A DNA stretch of 64,000 nt from a virus: IMG/VR virus record IMGVR_UViG_3300040856_003274, positions 96,001 to 160,000 of that record. One strand, 5' to 3'. The notes below the pieces were generated by a model. The model was not told where the DNA came from, did no database searches, and saw nothing but the letters and a program-made list of their open reading frames with translations. Within the stretch, counting starts at the first letter, position 1; each line of letters opens with the position of its first letter. The position numbers were made by a program, and so were the translations under genes. This document shows positions 47,201-56,941 of this stretch, in pieces.

Positions 47201-48910
47201 AACAAGTACATGGGGCGAATGTTTAAGAGCTTCTTAGACGCGTTTAATGGCTATTTAGCGGTTAGCCATAGTAGCTTTGAGGTGTCATATCCCTCAGGGT
47301 ACGAGACTTCAGTGCCAGGTGATTATCTCTATCAAAAGTTTCAAACGGCACTAAGACCTATTCTAAATGGGGGCTCGCATCACCCTGCTTCTGCAACTGT
47401 GAGTCACTATTTCGGCGCGACCTTTGAGTATCAAAGACGTATAGACAATGACCCTTTCGCAGATGCTCAAGCAGAAGGGATTGCTTTCTTTATAGCCGAT
47501 GCTATCGCGCCAGGGGACTCAATGACTATAAAGTTTGGGCCAGGTGTGCTTTCGATACAGGCGGTAGCGGGGGCTCCTAACAGGGCAATAGGGGAGTTTC
47601 AGACGCATGGTGCAAACATTGAGCTGACGGCATTAGATGTAGTTGAAACCTTAGAGGTTTTGATCACATTAAACTCCTACCCCTTAGAAGCTGTGAGAGG
47701 AACAGACTTTAAATTTAACTCCCTTTCTGTAGTAGCTCTTACCTCAACAGATCCTAGCGTTAAATTTCTTGTGAGTGTTGCAGGCACGCTTGTATTGGGA
47801 ACGGGTAACTTTACAGATTACATTGCAGGTACTCCTAAAACTATCTACCACTTCGGCACTTATGCCGAAGCCGACTCTACGACTGCCTCGGTCACCAACC
47901 CTTCTTTTGCTTGGAAGAAAGATTGGACTCAAGCAGACCACGACTTAGCGGCTGGGACGACAGGCATTGAGGTAGGTTACACCACTCCGCGCACTCAGTT
48001 GGTAGACTTTGCAGGGTCTATGGGTATTAACTTTATGTCTCGCATAGGTTTCTTAGCCAACGACTCCCACGTCGAGTTACCTTCTGACGAGCTTCAGGTT
48101 GCAGGATTACCTAACCTAAACCCGCACTCAACAGATATGGCGTGCGATCCGACTCTCCAAAGAGGTCGATTGATATACCCCACAGAAGACCTGTCGAGTG
48201 CTCGACCTATCCAAGGATTTGATTACCACAATGATCTCGGAGCTCAGCCTGATTACAGCAGTCGGACAGGGCTCCATTCTTATGTGAGAGCTTTTGATGT
48301 CGGGTTTACCAACACCGTTGATTGGATAGATTACACCACACAGCAGACCTCAGATTACAGTCCGACGTTTGCTCAGTGGTACATTGATAACATTAATGCC
48401 TCTGCTACCCTCGCAGACATTCCTAATGTTACGAGCCAGTTACCTCAAGAGCGCATCTTTAGGGTTTACGGTATCAGTTTAGCTGAGTTACCCGATTACG
48501 GGATTTTCTTCAAAGTCCCAGGTCAGACCGCGTGGTTGGACGCTACTTCCACTTTTACGGTCACCTCTGACAGTGATTTAATGTTTAATTTTATTAAGGA
48601 TGCGAGCACTCAAAACGGTACAGCTTGTCTTGTTGACTCCGCAGAAGGAATAGAGGTCTTAGACCGCACCAACTTCCCTGTTAAGTATGTCGATCTTAAA
48701 GTGCTCTTACCTGGGCTCTTTATTAATCCTTACATCTTAAGAAGAGTTGGCGCTAAGATTAACTTTTGGGGAGAGACTCCTGTCCTAATGAAGATCGAGA
48801 TTGACGAAAGCTCAAAAGCAACAAGTTATGTATTTGAGCAGACGACTTCATCAGTGCTCGACAACGTTGGTATCGTCGGTGTTAAAGTTTTGAATAAAAC
48901 TACACTCTAA
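44285..48910 (+). CDS. large virion structural/fibre protein
   Basis: 1541 aa between two fibre-like paralogues; N-terminal 'LHLSDSRAHDALEI' resembles the H....AH.A..I motif of trimeric fibres. Confidence 0.5.
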   Translation: MAKNSNGVTITESVPASRAPNLGLNLHLSDSRAHDALEIIFNGTGTVAETLEQIIRDLYNVPEGIGSSDQTLQPDWGALKAGAVESNQYDYNSALFTDRLHYTDSLLGLTTKTGIPADNNFLEAIYPRYDISPTAVDSGTTDANFNLSDGSYTGGGGGEGLEGAYRITGGTDNLKTSGIYPNSLSHAVISGTVLPADKGVLALVSFFIAPNADDQKYSLVLPPNLEERCVSAILLGGGIATGDDGETGDNLFKSGEGFPGTKSGQYDLSEIHNGVDRLTSDAIEGGANEYAGLVRLFADPRSSDVESPIPILGATSVAFGGGDDNNFFRYRLPMLKDYEGLSDTPTDHKDRFFDKPALSLDSGVNFTFAGGYSNFADQDPLYTQLAKFRHRFEVSSDTVYVLFHFRTERAFESLVRDGNMPTSSDLYGVYTGVSSGSFEATLPSSRPFALPLAKDVKKLSSTLPNTVNQDMGYILKPVERANSASILPLIATYGNETYYSFWAQDGQANVMSLSGAKYIVSSSRLHPNDITGGAGDSEFKDYGNLSLVIEGSLNETSFYNFTFYDTVKTDWLNSRGQSPGFFSTGAFGLLGINNTPKRVSDLVSATETVDLPSSFDGSQIGVFKGDGEAHGSHLIVEQGSLLSHTAEPTDVNTTFTNYKHLYLSSDGGAPVISSDAKVKIGIHRHGDNVRVGEDTAIDLIELSHSDLPSFTVSQSLVFSGKFKINSEIDPAAINYDVDTHYGNFVVGLTSSSRVADYTKPMLRTNISPIAEEEVYTLGAPLPSLFSAEKDSEERFLDETYRLQSSLANDYGVQQGYQTLPFFLAIGQDLAERQSSLNSYAMSFNALTEEDPTFGRKPFYLPVRPFYYPADSEDPYSTYELLGLSYLLSQGSFEFKRPDAYPPVSYVTPGILDRVKVTLTYTDAKRLDPFYIHLGYDLDITANRLDSAGRVVEAYGELNGVESSTNHATEDGSNKYMGRMFKSFLDAFNGYLAVSHSSFEVSYPSGYETSVPGDYLYQKFQTALRPILNGGSHHPASATVSHYFGATFEYQRRIDNDPFADAQAEGIAFFIADAIAPGDSMTIKFGPGVLSIQAVAGAPNRAIGEFQTHGANIELTALDVVETLEVLITLNSYPLEAVRGTDFKFNSLSVVALTSTDPSVKFLVSVAGTLVLGTGNFTDYIAGTPKTIYHFGTYAEADSTTASVTNPSFAWKKDWTQADHDLAAGTTGIEVGYTTPRTQLVDFAGSMGINFMSRIGFLANDSHVELPSDELQVAGLPNLNPHSTDMACDPTLQRGRLIYPTEDLSSARPIQGFDYHNDLGAQPDYSSRTGLHSYVRAFDVGFTNTVDWIDYTTQQTSDYSPTFAQWYIDNINASATLADIPNVTSQLPQERIFRVYGISLAELPDYGIFFKVPGQTAWLDATSTFTVTSDSDLMFNFIKDASTQNGTACLVDSAEGIEVLDRTNFPVKYVDLKVLLPGLFINPYILRRVGAKINFWGETPVLMKIEIDESSKATSYVFEQTTSSVLDNVGIVGVKVLNKTTL

Positions 48911-48922
48911 GGAGAGTTTAAT

Positions 48923-49654
48923 ATGCAGATTGTCGTAGACGGTATAAGAAACTTTGGTCAGATCGTACAAGCCTTTTCAACGAGGCAAGAGGTGGTCGTC
49001 AACGGTAAATACGTGATCGAAAGCCCTGAGGGTATCGAAACTGAGATTACGAGCGATAGTTATGTCTATCCCGTAGACGGAGGGGACTTAAAAAGCCTCA
49101 TGATGGAGGAGCTTAGGGCTTCTTCAGGGCTCTCGTACAAGTATTTTAACCCTCTCTCCTCTAGCTCAGACCTTGACGTGGTAGACACTTCTTCTACCGC
49201 TCAGGTAGGTGTCTTTCCCGCGATTACCGAATATCAAACACGATGCCAGCAAAGCGAAACTCCGAACAATACCAAGCTCTTGAAAGCGATTGATATTACT
49301 GCGTGGGGTGGTGCAATAGAGCGCGTCAATGGGGTACTCTTAACAAATGCTATAGACATCTCTGCTGATGTTCCTCTTGGCGCAGATGTATTCCTTCCTT
49401 ATTGGGAGGCTCACACATTCGATCTGAGTCATGAGTCAGAGACGAATAATACACCCGTTGTTAAGACCTACCAAAGATTAGAGCCTAGCGACCTTCAGGC
49501 TTATGCTTCGACGGACGGCGGGGCTTTTTGGCAAGAAATAACGCACCTCAGTGCTTTTACTGCGCCAGCCGCTAGCACCTCTATTCAATTTCTCTTTATT
49601 AACACGTCTACATCGAGAGACGTTTACTTAAACGCCTTCGGCTTCATGTACTAA
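48923..49654 (+). CDS. hypothetical virion protein (beta-rich)
   Basis: 243 aa, RBS AAGGAG, acidic, includes 'ASTDGGAFW' (Asp-box-like); within the fibre cluster. Confidence 0.5.
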   Translation: MQIVVDGIRNFGQIVQAFSTRQEVVVNGKYVIESPEGIETEITSDSYVYPVDGGDLKSLMMEELRASSGLSYKYFNPLSSSSDLDVVDTSSTAQVGVFPAITEYQTRCQQSETPNNTKLLKAIDITAWGGAIERVNGVLLTNAIDISADVPLGADVFLPYWEAHTFDLSHESETNNTPVVKTYQRLEPSDLQAYASTDGGAFWQEITHLSAFTAPAASTSIQFLFINTSTSRDVYLNAFGFMY

Positions 49655-49671
49655 TAAAGGGTGCGCTTAAA

Positions 49672-52600
49672 ATGATAAACTTCGGCAGTGGTGTTAGCAG
49701 AGTCCTCGAAAACTTTAATCGACAGTTCAGTAATGTGATTTGGCAAGAGGGCAAGCCTCCTCTCGACTCTGAGCTAAACTACATGGGTCAGGTGAGCTGG
49801 GATAATCTTACAAGCCACGTCAGGAGTAGCGCCCCATCGGGTTTCTTCTTAGATCCTACAAATACAAAAGCAGATTACACCACCAGTGCTCATTACAGTA
49901 ATCTCTTCCTTTTAGGCCAAGAAGGTAGCCCCCTTACGGCTAATGTCAACGGCTGGATCATCCCTGTCTGCGGAACGGCAACTGATAACCTCCTAAACGC
50001 GATAAAGCTCAACCCCCCTCCTACAAGCGACTCTCGCATAGACTTCGTTTTCTTAGAAGCATGGCAGGCGCTTGTGTCTCCAAACCCTGACAGTGTAAAT
50101 AAACCCAGCCAAGACCGTATCTACCGCTACGGTAATGTAGAGTACGGTGGAGATAACCTCACCGATGACCTCACTGATCCTAGCGTTGCCTTTGAGACAA
50201 CAAAGCGCGTCCAAGTCCAATACCGCCTACGCGTTTATGGGTTCGGTCAAGGCGGAGGCTCAGGAGTAGATTTGGGTGTTTACGTTGACGGACTCGATGA
50301 CCCTAATATTAGGGCGCAGGGTACTGCTACGAGCGCAGGAGGTTTCACATTCAACAATATGGGCGAGGAGCTTGGGGATGCTTCGCTTTGGCGTGCAGGT
50401 GACGGCGACACCTCTAACGATCTCGGCACTGTAGACGGCTATTCTTACGCGATCCCTGTGTGCGCGATTTTTAGACGTAATAGCTCTGCGTTCGTAGCAG
50501 TATCTACGAATGGTAGCCCTAACCATAACGGGGCGACTAACCGCAAGCCTAGCGTTTCTGAGTTAGCTGATCCGAGGACAGGCGCAGGTGAGCTTTATGA
50601 GGTGCGTACAATCTCATCTCTTGGTGTCGAGGACACAGGCGCTCTTCAAGTAGGTAGAGTCTCTAATGGTGTTTTAGAGCAGTCCGTTGAAGGCACGTTC
50701 CTCGCAGACGACAACTTTTTCGACCTCTCAGACTCCCGCTTCCTTAAGATTAACGGTGAGATTATCGAGATTGATAATGTAGACACCTCAGTCACTCCTC
50801 CTACGGTAAACGTGATTAGCAGAGCGCGAGCGGCGACAATTTCTTCTCTCCATAACGGGGAGTCTGCGTTGGAGCTCTACAACACTCGGCCTGATGGTGT
50901 CTATTCTGATCAAATCACTGAGAGAGATATTCTTGATCTCAGACGAGGTGTGAGTTTACGCGGTTGGGATTACACCCAACTCCTCACACACAACTTGACT
51001 AGACTCTTGAAGAATAATCTCACCACTGCTTTCAAGACGAGCGGGTCAGGAGGCGGTACAGAGGGAGTGTACACGACTGAGGTGTCAGTCCTTGATAATG
51101 ACTCTAATATTAACATTGAGGGCGCGGATATGCTCGACGGGGCAGATGGTATCCGCACCATCTTCTCTGATACCGCGCACTTCCAAAGCGATGTAACTCT
51201 ACTGATCGACAATGACCCTAGCCTCAACGCAGGCGCGGTGTCGGGTCAATATGATACCAACACGGTTTGGGACATCGGCGCAGACTTCAAGCCTGACGGT
51301 TGGTGGAACAACATCAATCAGGGCGCTACACCTGGCTTCAAGAACGGTACACTCATTAACCTCTACCTTGGAGGAGAGGACGGTACAGATGGAGCGCGTG
51401 GCACATTTAGAGACGGTTCTACCAAAGAGGTGCGTTTTGTAGCGCCTTGGGAGATGGAGAAAGAAATCGGACTCTCTCACCCTTTTAAGATCAAGTTTAC
51501 CTCTGTGGAGTCTACCACCGTAAACAACGTCGAGGGCTCTTCCTATAACGGCTATCTCTACCCTCTAGCTAAGTACAACTTTGAGTACCCTTTCATTGTC
51601 CTCGGCGGGCTTGTCCATAACACTTTGCGAGGTAACGTGGCTTCGGCCTCGTTGACAAACATCCATTTAGACCCTCAAACAGGTAGGTTCTCAGTTGATC
51701 TCGGTATTGATTTCGACTCTATCCGCGACTTACCTATATTAGGAGGCCGTCAGACTCTCTTTGAGGCACTCACAAGAAAAGGTGAAGACCTTTCAGGACT
51801 AGGCTCGATCTTGTATTTAGTCTTGAAAGGAGACGACGCGGCTGAGGACAATAACGGGGTATTCCGTATAGTAGGGCTAAGCAACTTTGTTGAGACATAC
51901 TCTGTGGGCAACACCTTTGCTGAACTAATCCCGCTCTCAACCAACTTCAACTTAAATACAGGGTTCTCTCCGCTGACAGGTAAGACGCTTACTTTTGAGA
52001 TCAGAAGCCAATACCTAGGGTTTGATGACGGTGGTGGCTTCAACAGTGGGATTGGTTCAGTGGTCATCGGACTGACTGACATTAATGATAAACTCAGTAG
52101 GACTTGGTTTACAGACGATAAGATTAGTGGCGGTAACTCTGACCCTTTGACGACTTTCCCTATTAACTCAAAGATCGAGCTCACCACCACGCTCATGTAC
52201 GCGCAGGCGCGTGCGGGCATGGCGCGTAGGCCGAAAGACATATTCGCAGTTAATGTTAAAAATGGAGGCACAGGGTTTATAAGAAACGTGGCTTCAGACA
52301 TTGACAGCAGTTTCTCTACCAACGCGCCTGCGCCCACTAACGAACGAGTTTACAGTGCTCATGGTGTACAGACATGGAACGCCCTGCCCTCATTAGGTCT
52401 TGAGACAGTGAGAGCCCCTTCAATGGGCGGTGAGGTATTTGGTTTCACTGAGCAGAGTCGAGACTCAGAGCTTTTCGTAGATAAGGGTAGTAAGACGATT
52501 GTCTTTAAACCTCTCCAAAGAAAGCTCATGAGCTTGAAGGCGCTCTCTTATGATGCTGTGCTCTCTACAGCGAGTCTCATAGGTGATCTTAACTATCCTA

Positions 52601-55071
52601 ACGGCAACCCTAAAGACCCTAAGGGTATGTTCACTAACTTGAAGACAATGGGTGTGGATGTTCCTTCAGTGTGTATGCCTAAGTTTGGTAGGCAAGACAT
52701 ACCTCTCCACCAGCGCACAGGCGACACAGACCCCGTGTTAGGCGGGCTACACCACCTGTTTTCAGATAACACTGACCCTGCTAACGTGGTGTTTAATCTT
52801 ATTGGCGGAGAGCCTAATGTTGCAGGAGGCGGTAATCTTGTACAACCTATCCTGTTTATTACCAGCCCTAACTCAGGTCTTTCTTATGGAGAAGCTGGCA
52901 CAACAGGCGGGCCAGCCCATCCCTGTATTCAAGCACGTAGTTTCTCCTCTTCAAGTGTCCGATCTTCAGATGTTGGCATCGGGTTAAAGGGTATAGAGCT
53001 TCCTCCTCACTATGGGATAGCGAGGCTCTATGGTATTTATGAGCGTTCTGAATACGAGTCTAAGATTGGCGACAATACGATTGGCGCATTTGAAGCAGAC
53101 CGCATCACTCCCAAGACCAACGGCGCTAACGGTGTTGTAAGAAACTTGCTCCGTCTCGATGCTGACAAGCAGACACTGTTCATCAAACAGGGCGGGGCTG
53201 AAGACTACACAAAAAATGCTGACGACCACACTTATATTATCCCTGCTAATGTAATCGACCATACGAGAGCTGTAAACTACGACTCCTCAGCCCCTAACTT
53301 TGAGGATTACGAGTATGTCGTTGAGTGTGTAGTGTTTGGCTTTGCTCGCGGGTTTATCAACAAGAATAACCTTATCCTCGCCCGTAATGTTAACGGCGCA
53401 GGAGTGCAAATCCTAGACGTTGATCAGAACGACGCTGTAGACAGCACGCTGATTAATAACACCTTAGAGTTTGTAAACGTGCCGATGGCTATCCACGCTC
53501 CAGCCCCTAACGGGACACAGACGTATGTAGGCTATTCAAGACTTGTTTACCAAGGCGATCCTTACTTTACTTCAGGGATCACTACGGCACAAAAGAGAGA
53601 CTTCCCCGTCAAGTACGGCAGACTCAGTGAAGAAAACCACGACTCTCTTAACATCCCTCTAACTCAGTTTAACGCTGACGGAAGCGATAAGATAGAGACA
53701 CCTAACCTTAGGGCTTTGAGAGTCCTCGCTTCTGCTGACTTCTACACTACGCTAGGCACAGGCAAAGTCGGAGGTTCTTTCTACGAGGGTACTGTGCTCG
53801 ACTGCGCACACAACGTCGGCTCTGCTTATGAGGGCTCGATGACCTCGATGAACGTGTTTAGCCAAACGGAGGGCTCTGCTACAGACCTCAAGCCTGCGAT
53901 AGCGATTAGCTTTGGTGGATTCTTTACAGGTCTACAGCTTTACTTACAGGCTGACCCTGCTAACCGCATTAATCTTGTGTTTACGGTAGGTTCTCAGACG
54001 ATGACGGTGATCTTGTCCGAAGACACTATCTTGGATGGTAATCTCGGAGGGTCGGCTCTTGACGAAGCGTATGCGTGCTCAGTCTTAGCTACTAGGATTA
54101 ACATTCAGCGCGTAACCGAAGGTTTCCCTGTCCAAGCCGTCGCGCTTGGTAACATTATAAAAGTCACCTCAGAAGTTAGAGGTATGTCTGTCTCTTTTGA
54201 CGTTAAGAGAGCAGCGGATCAGTCAAACGTGCTACCTCTTAGACTACTAGACCCGTTCACTTTTAGCACTCTAGCTCCACCGACCTTTGGCATTCTTAGA
54301 GGAATAGGTGATCTGCTCTCTGCAAGCATTTACCTGACGACCAGCTACGACTTTATCGAACCGAGGGTTGCGCTTAACGGAGGTAACGGAAACAGCACTC
54401 TTTCATTAAGCGGTTGCACTGAGCAGTTGCCGTTAGGTGCGCTTATCTTTGACTCAGATTTCTTATCCGAAGACCCTGTTCAAAACGGCGCATCGTCGCT
54501 TGTAATAGAGCCCTCTCTCACTAAGTCCGTGTTCGCTAACACACCTCTTACGGGGACAGGCGATGAGTATACCTCTTTCTTAGGCGAGTCGGGTACAGTG
54601 ATCGGTATGTGTGATGGTGCAGAGAACCAATACTCTGAGTTGTCTACAGTGTACCGTACCCACCGTGGAGGGTCAGCGTTCCTGTTGTCAGGCGAAAACC
54701 CAGGTGGCCCTATTTCTTGGTCTGCGGGCAACTTCCCTTCTTCCGCGAGCCCTATCCTTAAAGGTAAGATTATCGCAGGGAAGGCGCTCTTGGTACAAAA
54801 CTATAAAGAGACTGCGTTTGCCTCAGATCACCCGGGCTCTGAGAGAAGCTACGGAGGCGAGCTCCAGCTCGTAATCTTAACAGGGGCGGTATTCGGAGGT
54901 GCTAATGTTAAGACTGACGGACTTAATCTTAACGGTGTAATCTCCCCTTCAGGGTTCGGTGAGGGCTTCTCAAGCGCCGAAAGGTATAGAATTCAGGGGC
55001 TCCCCATGCTCAAGCAGACTGACGATGAGCAGAAGTATCTAAACACAAAGCCCGCTCCATATTTGCCCTAA
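49672..55071 (+). CDS. large tail fibre/outer baseplate protein, paralogue B
   Basis: 1799 aa; 'NVIWQEGKPPLDSELN', 'DFVFLEAW', 'YRYGNVE', 'LGTVDGYSYAIP', 'RPDG' and C-terminal 'YRIQG' are shared with 40786-44283. Confidence 0.6.
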   Translation: MINFGSGVSRVLENFNRQFSNVIWQEGKPPLDSELNYMGQVSWDNLTSHVRSSAPSGFFLDPTNTKADYTTSAHYSNLFLLGQEGSPLTANVNGWIIPVCGTATDNLLNAIKLNPPPTSDSRIDFVFLEAWQALVSPNPDSVNKPSQDRIYRYGNVEYGGDNLTDDLTDPSVAFETTKRVQVQYRLRVYGFGQGGGSGVDLGVYVDGLDDPNIRAQGTATSAGGFTFNNMGEELGDASLWRAGDGDTSNDLGTVDGYSYAIPVCAIFRRNSSAFVAVSTNGSPNHNGATNRKPSVSELADPRTGAGELYEVRTISSLGVEDTGALQVGRVSNGVLEQSVEGTFLADDNFFDLSDSRFLKINGEIIEIDNVDTSVTPPTVNVISRARAATISSLHNGESALELYNTRPDGVYSDQITERDILDLRRGVSLRGWDYTQLLTHNLTRLLKNNLTTAFKTSGSGGGTEGVYTTEVSVLDNDSNINIEGADMLDGADGIRTIFSDTAHFQSDVTLLIDNDPSLNAGAVSGQYDTNTVWDIGADFKPDGWWNNINQGATPGFKNGTLINLYLGGEDGTDGARGTFRDGSTKEVRFVAPWEMEKEIGLSHPFKIKFTSVESTTVNNVEGSSYNGYLYPLAKYNFEYPFIVLGGLVHNTLRGNVASASLTNIHLDPQTGRFSVDLGIDFDSIRDLPILGGRQTLFEALTRKGEDLSGLGSILYLVLKGDDAAEDNNGVFRIVGLSNFVETYSVGNTFAELIPLSTNFNLNTGFSPLTGKTLTFEIRSQYLGFDDGGGFNSGIGSVVIGLTDINDKLSRTWFTDDKISGGNSDPLTTFPINSKIELTTTLMYAQARAGMARRPKDIFAVNVKNGGTGFIRNVASDIDSSFSTNAPAPTNERVYSAHGVQTWNALPSLGLETVRAPSMGGEVFGFTEQSRDSELFVDKGSKTIVFKPLQRKLMSLKALSYDAVLSTASLIGDLNYPNGNPKDPKGMFTNLKTMGVDVPSVCMPKFGRQDIPLHQRTGDTDPVLGGLHHLFSDNTDPANVVFNLIGGEPNVAGGGNLVQPILFITSPNSGLSYGEAGTTGGPAHPCIQARSFSSSSVRSSDVGIGLKGIELPPHYGIARLYGIYERSEYESKIGDNTIGAFEADRITPKTNGANGVVRNLLRLDADKQTLFIKQGGAEDYTKNADDHTYIIPANVIDHTRAVNYDSSAPNFEDYEYVVECVVFGFARGFINKNNLILARNVNGAGVQILDVDQNDAVDSTLINNTLEFVNVPMAIHAPAPNGTQTYVGYSRLVYQGDPYFTSGITTAQKRDFPVKYGRLSEENHDSLNIPLTQFNADGSDKIETPNLRALRVLASADFYTTLGTGKVGGSFYEGTVLDCAHNVGSAYEGSMTSMNVFSQTEGSATDLKPAIAISFGGFFTGLQLYLQADPANRINLVFTVGSQTMTVILSEDTILDGNLGGSALDEAYACSVLATRINIQRVTEGFPVQAVALGNIIKVTSEVRGMSVSFDVKRAADQSNVLPLRLLDPFTFSTLAPPTFGILRGIGDLLSASIYLTTSYDFIEPRVALNGGNGNSTLSLSGCTEQLPLGALIFDSDFLSEDPVQNGASSLVIEPSLTKSVFANTPLTGTGDEYTSFLGESGTVIGMCDGAENQYSELSTVYRTHRGGSAFLLSGENPGGPISWSAGNFPSSASPILKGKIIAGKALLVQNYKETAFASDHPGSERSYGGELQLVILTGAVFGGANVKTDGLNLNGVISPSGFGEGFSSAERYRIQGLPMLKQTDDEQKYLNTKPAPYLP

Positions 55072-55131
55072 TCTTTGAGAGATAGTGTATAGGTATAGCC
55101 CTATAACACTTAACCTCAAGGAGGAGTCGGC

Positions 55132-56742
55132 ATGGCGACTGTAGATGAACATCTATTGCCAACGTATGAGAAGCTGAAGAAAATCAGAGAACGTAAAGAC
55201 CTTAAGAGCCGAAAGCCCGCTTACCTAAGAGACAAGCTGATCTTAGCAAACGGCACTGAGGTAGACTTTAATTTACGCTACTATCAAGTACAGGGAGTGC
55301 TCCACCTTGTAGCGATGAACCGTTTTCTTCTCGGTGACGATACGGGTCTTGGTAAGACCGCTCAATCTATCGCGAGCCTCTGTTTCGTATGGGAGAAGAA
55401 GCCTGACACTAAAGTGATTATCCTCACTAATAAGTCTGCTGTGGAGCAGTGGGTAGGTGAGTTTGAGAAGTTTACGACAGGCATCACAGCGTTCTCTTGT
55501 AAGGGTACTCCTAAGAAGCGAGCAAAGGCGCGTGAGCAGTTTTTCAACACAGAAGGCCCTGTGGCTATGGTTATGGGCTATCGGAGCGCCATAGGCGATT
55601 TTGAGCACTATCAAGACCTGCATGACCACATCATGGTTTTCGATGAGGCGACCGCTTTCAAAAACCCCTCTACTCAATGCCACCAAGTCTGTGCTCATTT
55701 GTCTAAGAACGCGAGCAGGGCATGGGCGCTCACAGCTACCCTAATCAAAAACAACCTTATCGAGGGTTGGGGTATCTACAAGGTGCTTGTGCCTAATCTA
55801 TTTGGGAACAAAAACAACTTCCTAAACCACTACTGTATCACTCGTATGCAGAGCCTGCCTGGGTCTAGGAGACAAATACCTGTCATCGTCGGGTATCGCC
55901 CCAAAGACATTCAAGAGTTTAGGGAGAAGATCGACCCCTATTTCTTAGGTCGCCCTAAGTTTGAGGTCGCATCAGAGCTCCCACCGCTCACTAAGCGCAC
56001 GATTAAGTGCGGTATGTCTAAGATACAGCAAGAGAAGTACAAAGAGGCTCTAACAGGCATCCTCGAAGTCGGTAGGGGTGATGAGGCAGAAGAGAAAGAG
56101 GTCACAAAGCTCACCGCAGTGACATACTGTCAAGTGATCGCAAACCACCCTGAGTTGATTGACGTGGATGGGAAGTCGGAAAAGCTCGATACGCTTGTAG
56201 AGCTTCTCTGTGAGGGGGATTTTGCAGGCGAAAAGGTTATTGTATTCTCTAGGTTTAGGAAGATGGTTGATATCATCGAGAGGACATTAGAGAAGAAAAG
56301 GGTTAAGACTTGCCGTATTACAGGCGCTGAGTCTGAAGAGGGTCGCGCTAACTCTCAGAAGCTCTTCCAAAACGTAGACTCTGGAGTTGACGTAATCTTA
56401 ATCACATCAGCCGCCGCAGAAGCTGTAAACCTGCAAGCGGCTAGAGCGATTGTTTTTTACGATACGCCTTGGAGCGCAGGTGATTACTTACAGCTCTTGG
56501 GGCGCATGATCCGTATTGGATCAACCCAAGACCGCTGTTTCGCTATCCACTTGGTGTGTCGTAACACGATTGACGTGAGGGTCATGCAAGTGCTCAACAC
56601 CAAGATGGGGCTTGTAGAGAGCGTCTTAGGTAAGCGTATAAAGGGTGACGATGATGAGGAGGTGAAGCAAAATGAGATCATCGAGACGAGCAGTGAGCTT
56701 AACGACTTGTTCGATGCTCTGACAGAAGATGCTCTCAAATGA
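55132..56742 (+). CDS. SNF2-family (superfamily II) helicase/ATPase
   Basis: LGDDTGLGKT (motif I), VFDEAT (II), LTAT (III), KVIVFS, AVNLQAA, DTPWS, QLLGRMIRIG (VI); RBS AGGAGG. Confidence 0.93.
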   Translation: MATVDEHLLPTYEKLKKIRERKDLKSRKPAYLRDKLILANGTEVDFNLRYYQVQGVLHLVAMNRFLLGDDTGLGKTAQSIASLCFVWEKKPDTKVIILTNKSAVEQWVGEFEKFTTGITAFSCKGTPKKRAKAREQFFNTEGPVAMVMGYRSAIGDFEHYQDLHDHIMVFDEATAFKNPSTQCHQVCAHLSKNASRAWALTATLIKNNLIEGWGIYKVLVPNLFGNKNNFLNHYCITRMQSLPGSRRQIPVIVGYRPKDIQEFREKIDPYFLGRPKFEVASELPPLTKRTIKCGMSKIQQEKYKEALTGILEVGRGDEAEEKEVTKLTAVTYCQVIANHPELIDVDGKSEKLDTLVELLCEGDFAGEKVIVFSRFRKMVDIIERTLEKKRVKTCRITGAESEEGRANSQKLFQNVDSGVDVILITSAAAEAVNLQAARAIVFYDTPWSAGDYLQLLGRMIRIGSTQDRCFAIHLVCRNTIDVRVMQVLNTKMGLVESVLGKRIKGDDDEEVKQNEIIETSSELNDLFDALTEDALK

Positions 56743-56879
56743 ACCCCTGCCTATTCTTAGACTTAGCATGGGTCATCGCTTGGGTTACCAGCCCTCCCTA
56801 CGTTCGTTTTTTCGGTAGGGACGGGCTTCCCTGTCATCTAATCATGGTCGGAGGACACGTTATACTTTGGTTGTGTTGA
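56739..56879 (+). CDS. putative 46-aa hydrophobic small protein
   Basis: ATGA overlap with the SNF2 stop; MNPCLFLDLAWVIAWVTSPPYVRFFGRDGLPCHLIMVGGHVILWLC*; not in the ORF track. Confidence 0.35.
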   Translation: MNPCLFLDLAWVIAWVTSPPYVRFFGRDGLPCHLIMVGGHVILWLC

Positions 56880-56941
56880 GCCTCTTTTTAGAGCATATAG
56901 TGTATATGCTCATACACAAGTAGTGTAAAAGAGAGGACAAT

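Noticed and set aside
56787-56803. SPPY in the 46-aa ORF as a fourth methyltransferase fragment
   Set aside because: Four-residue match only, with no surrounding MTase context; probably coincidence.
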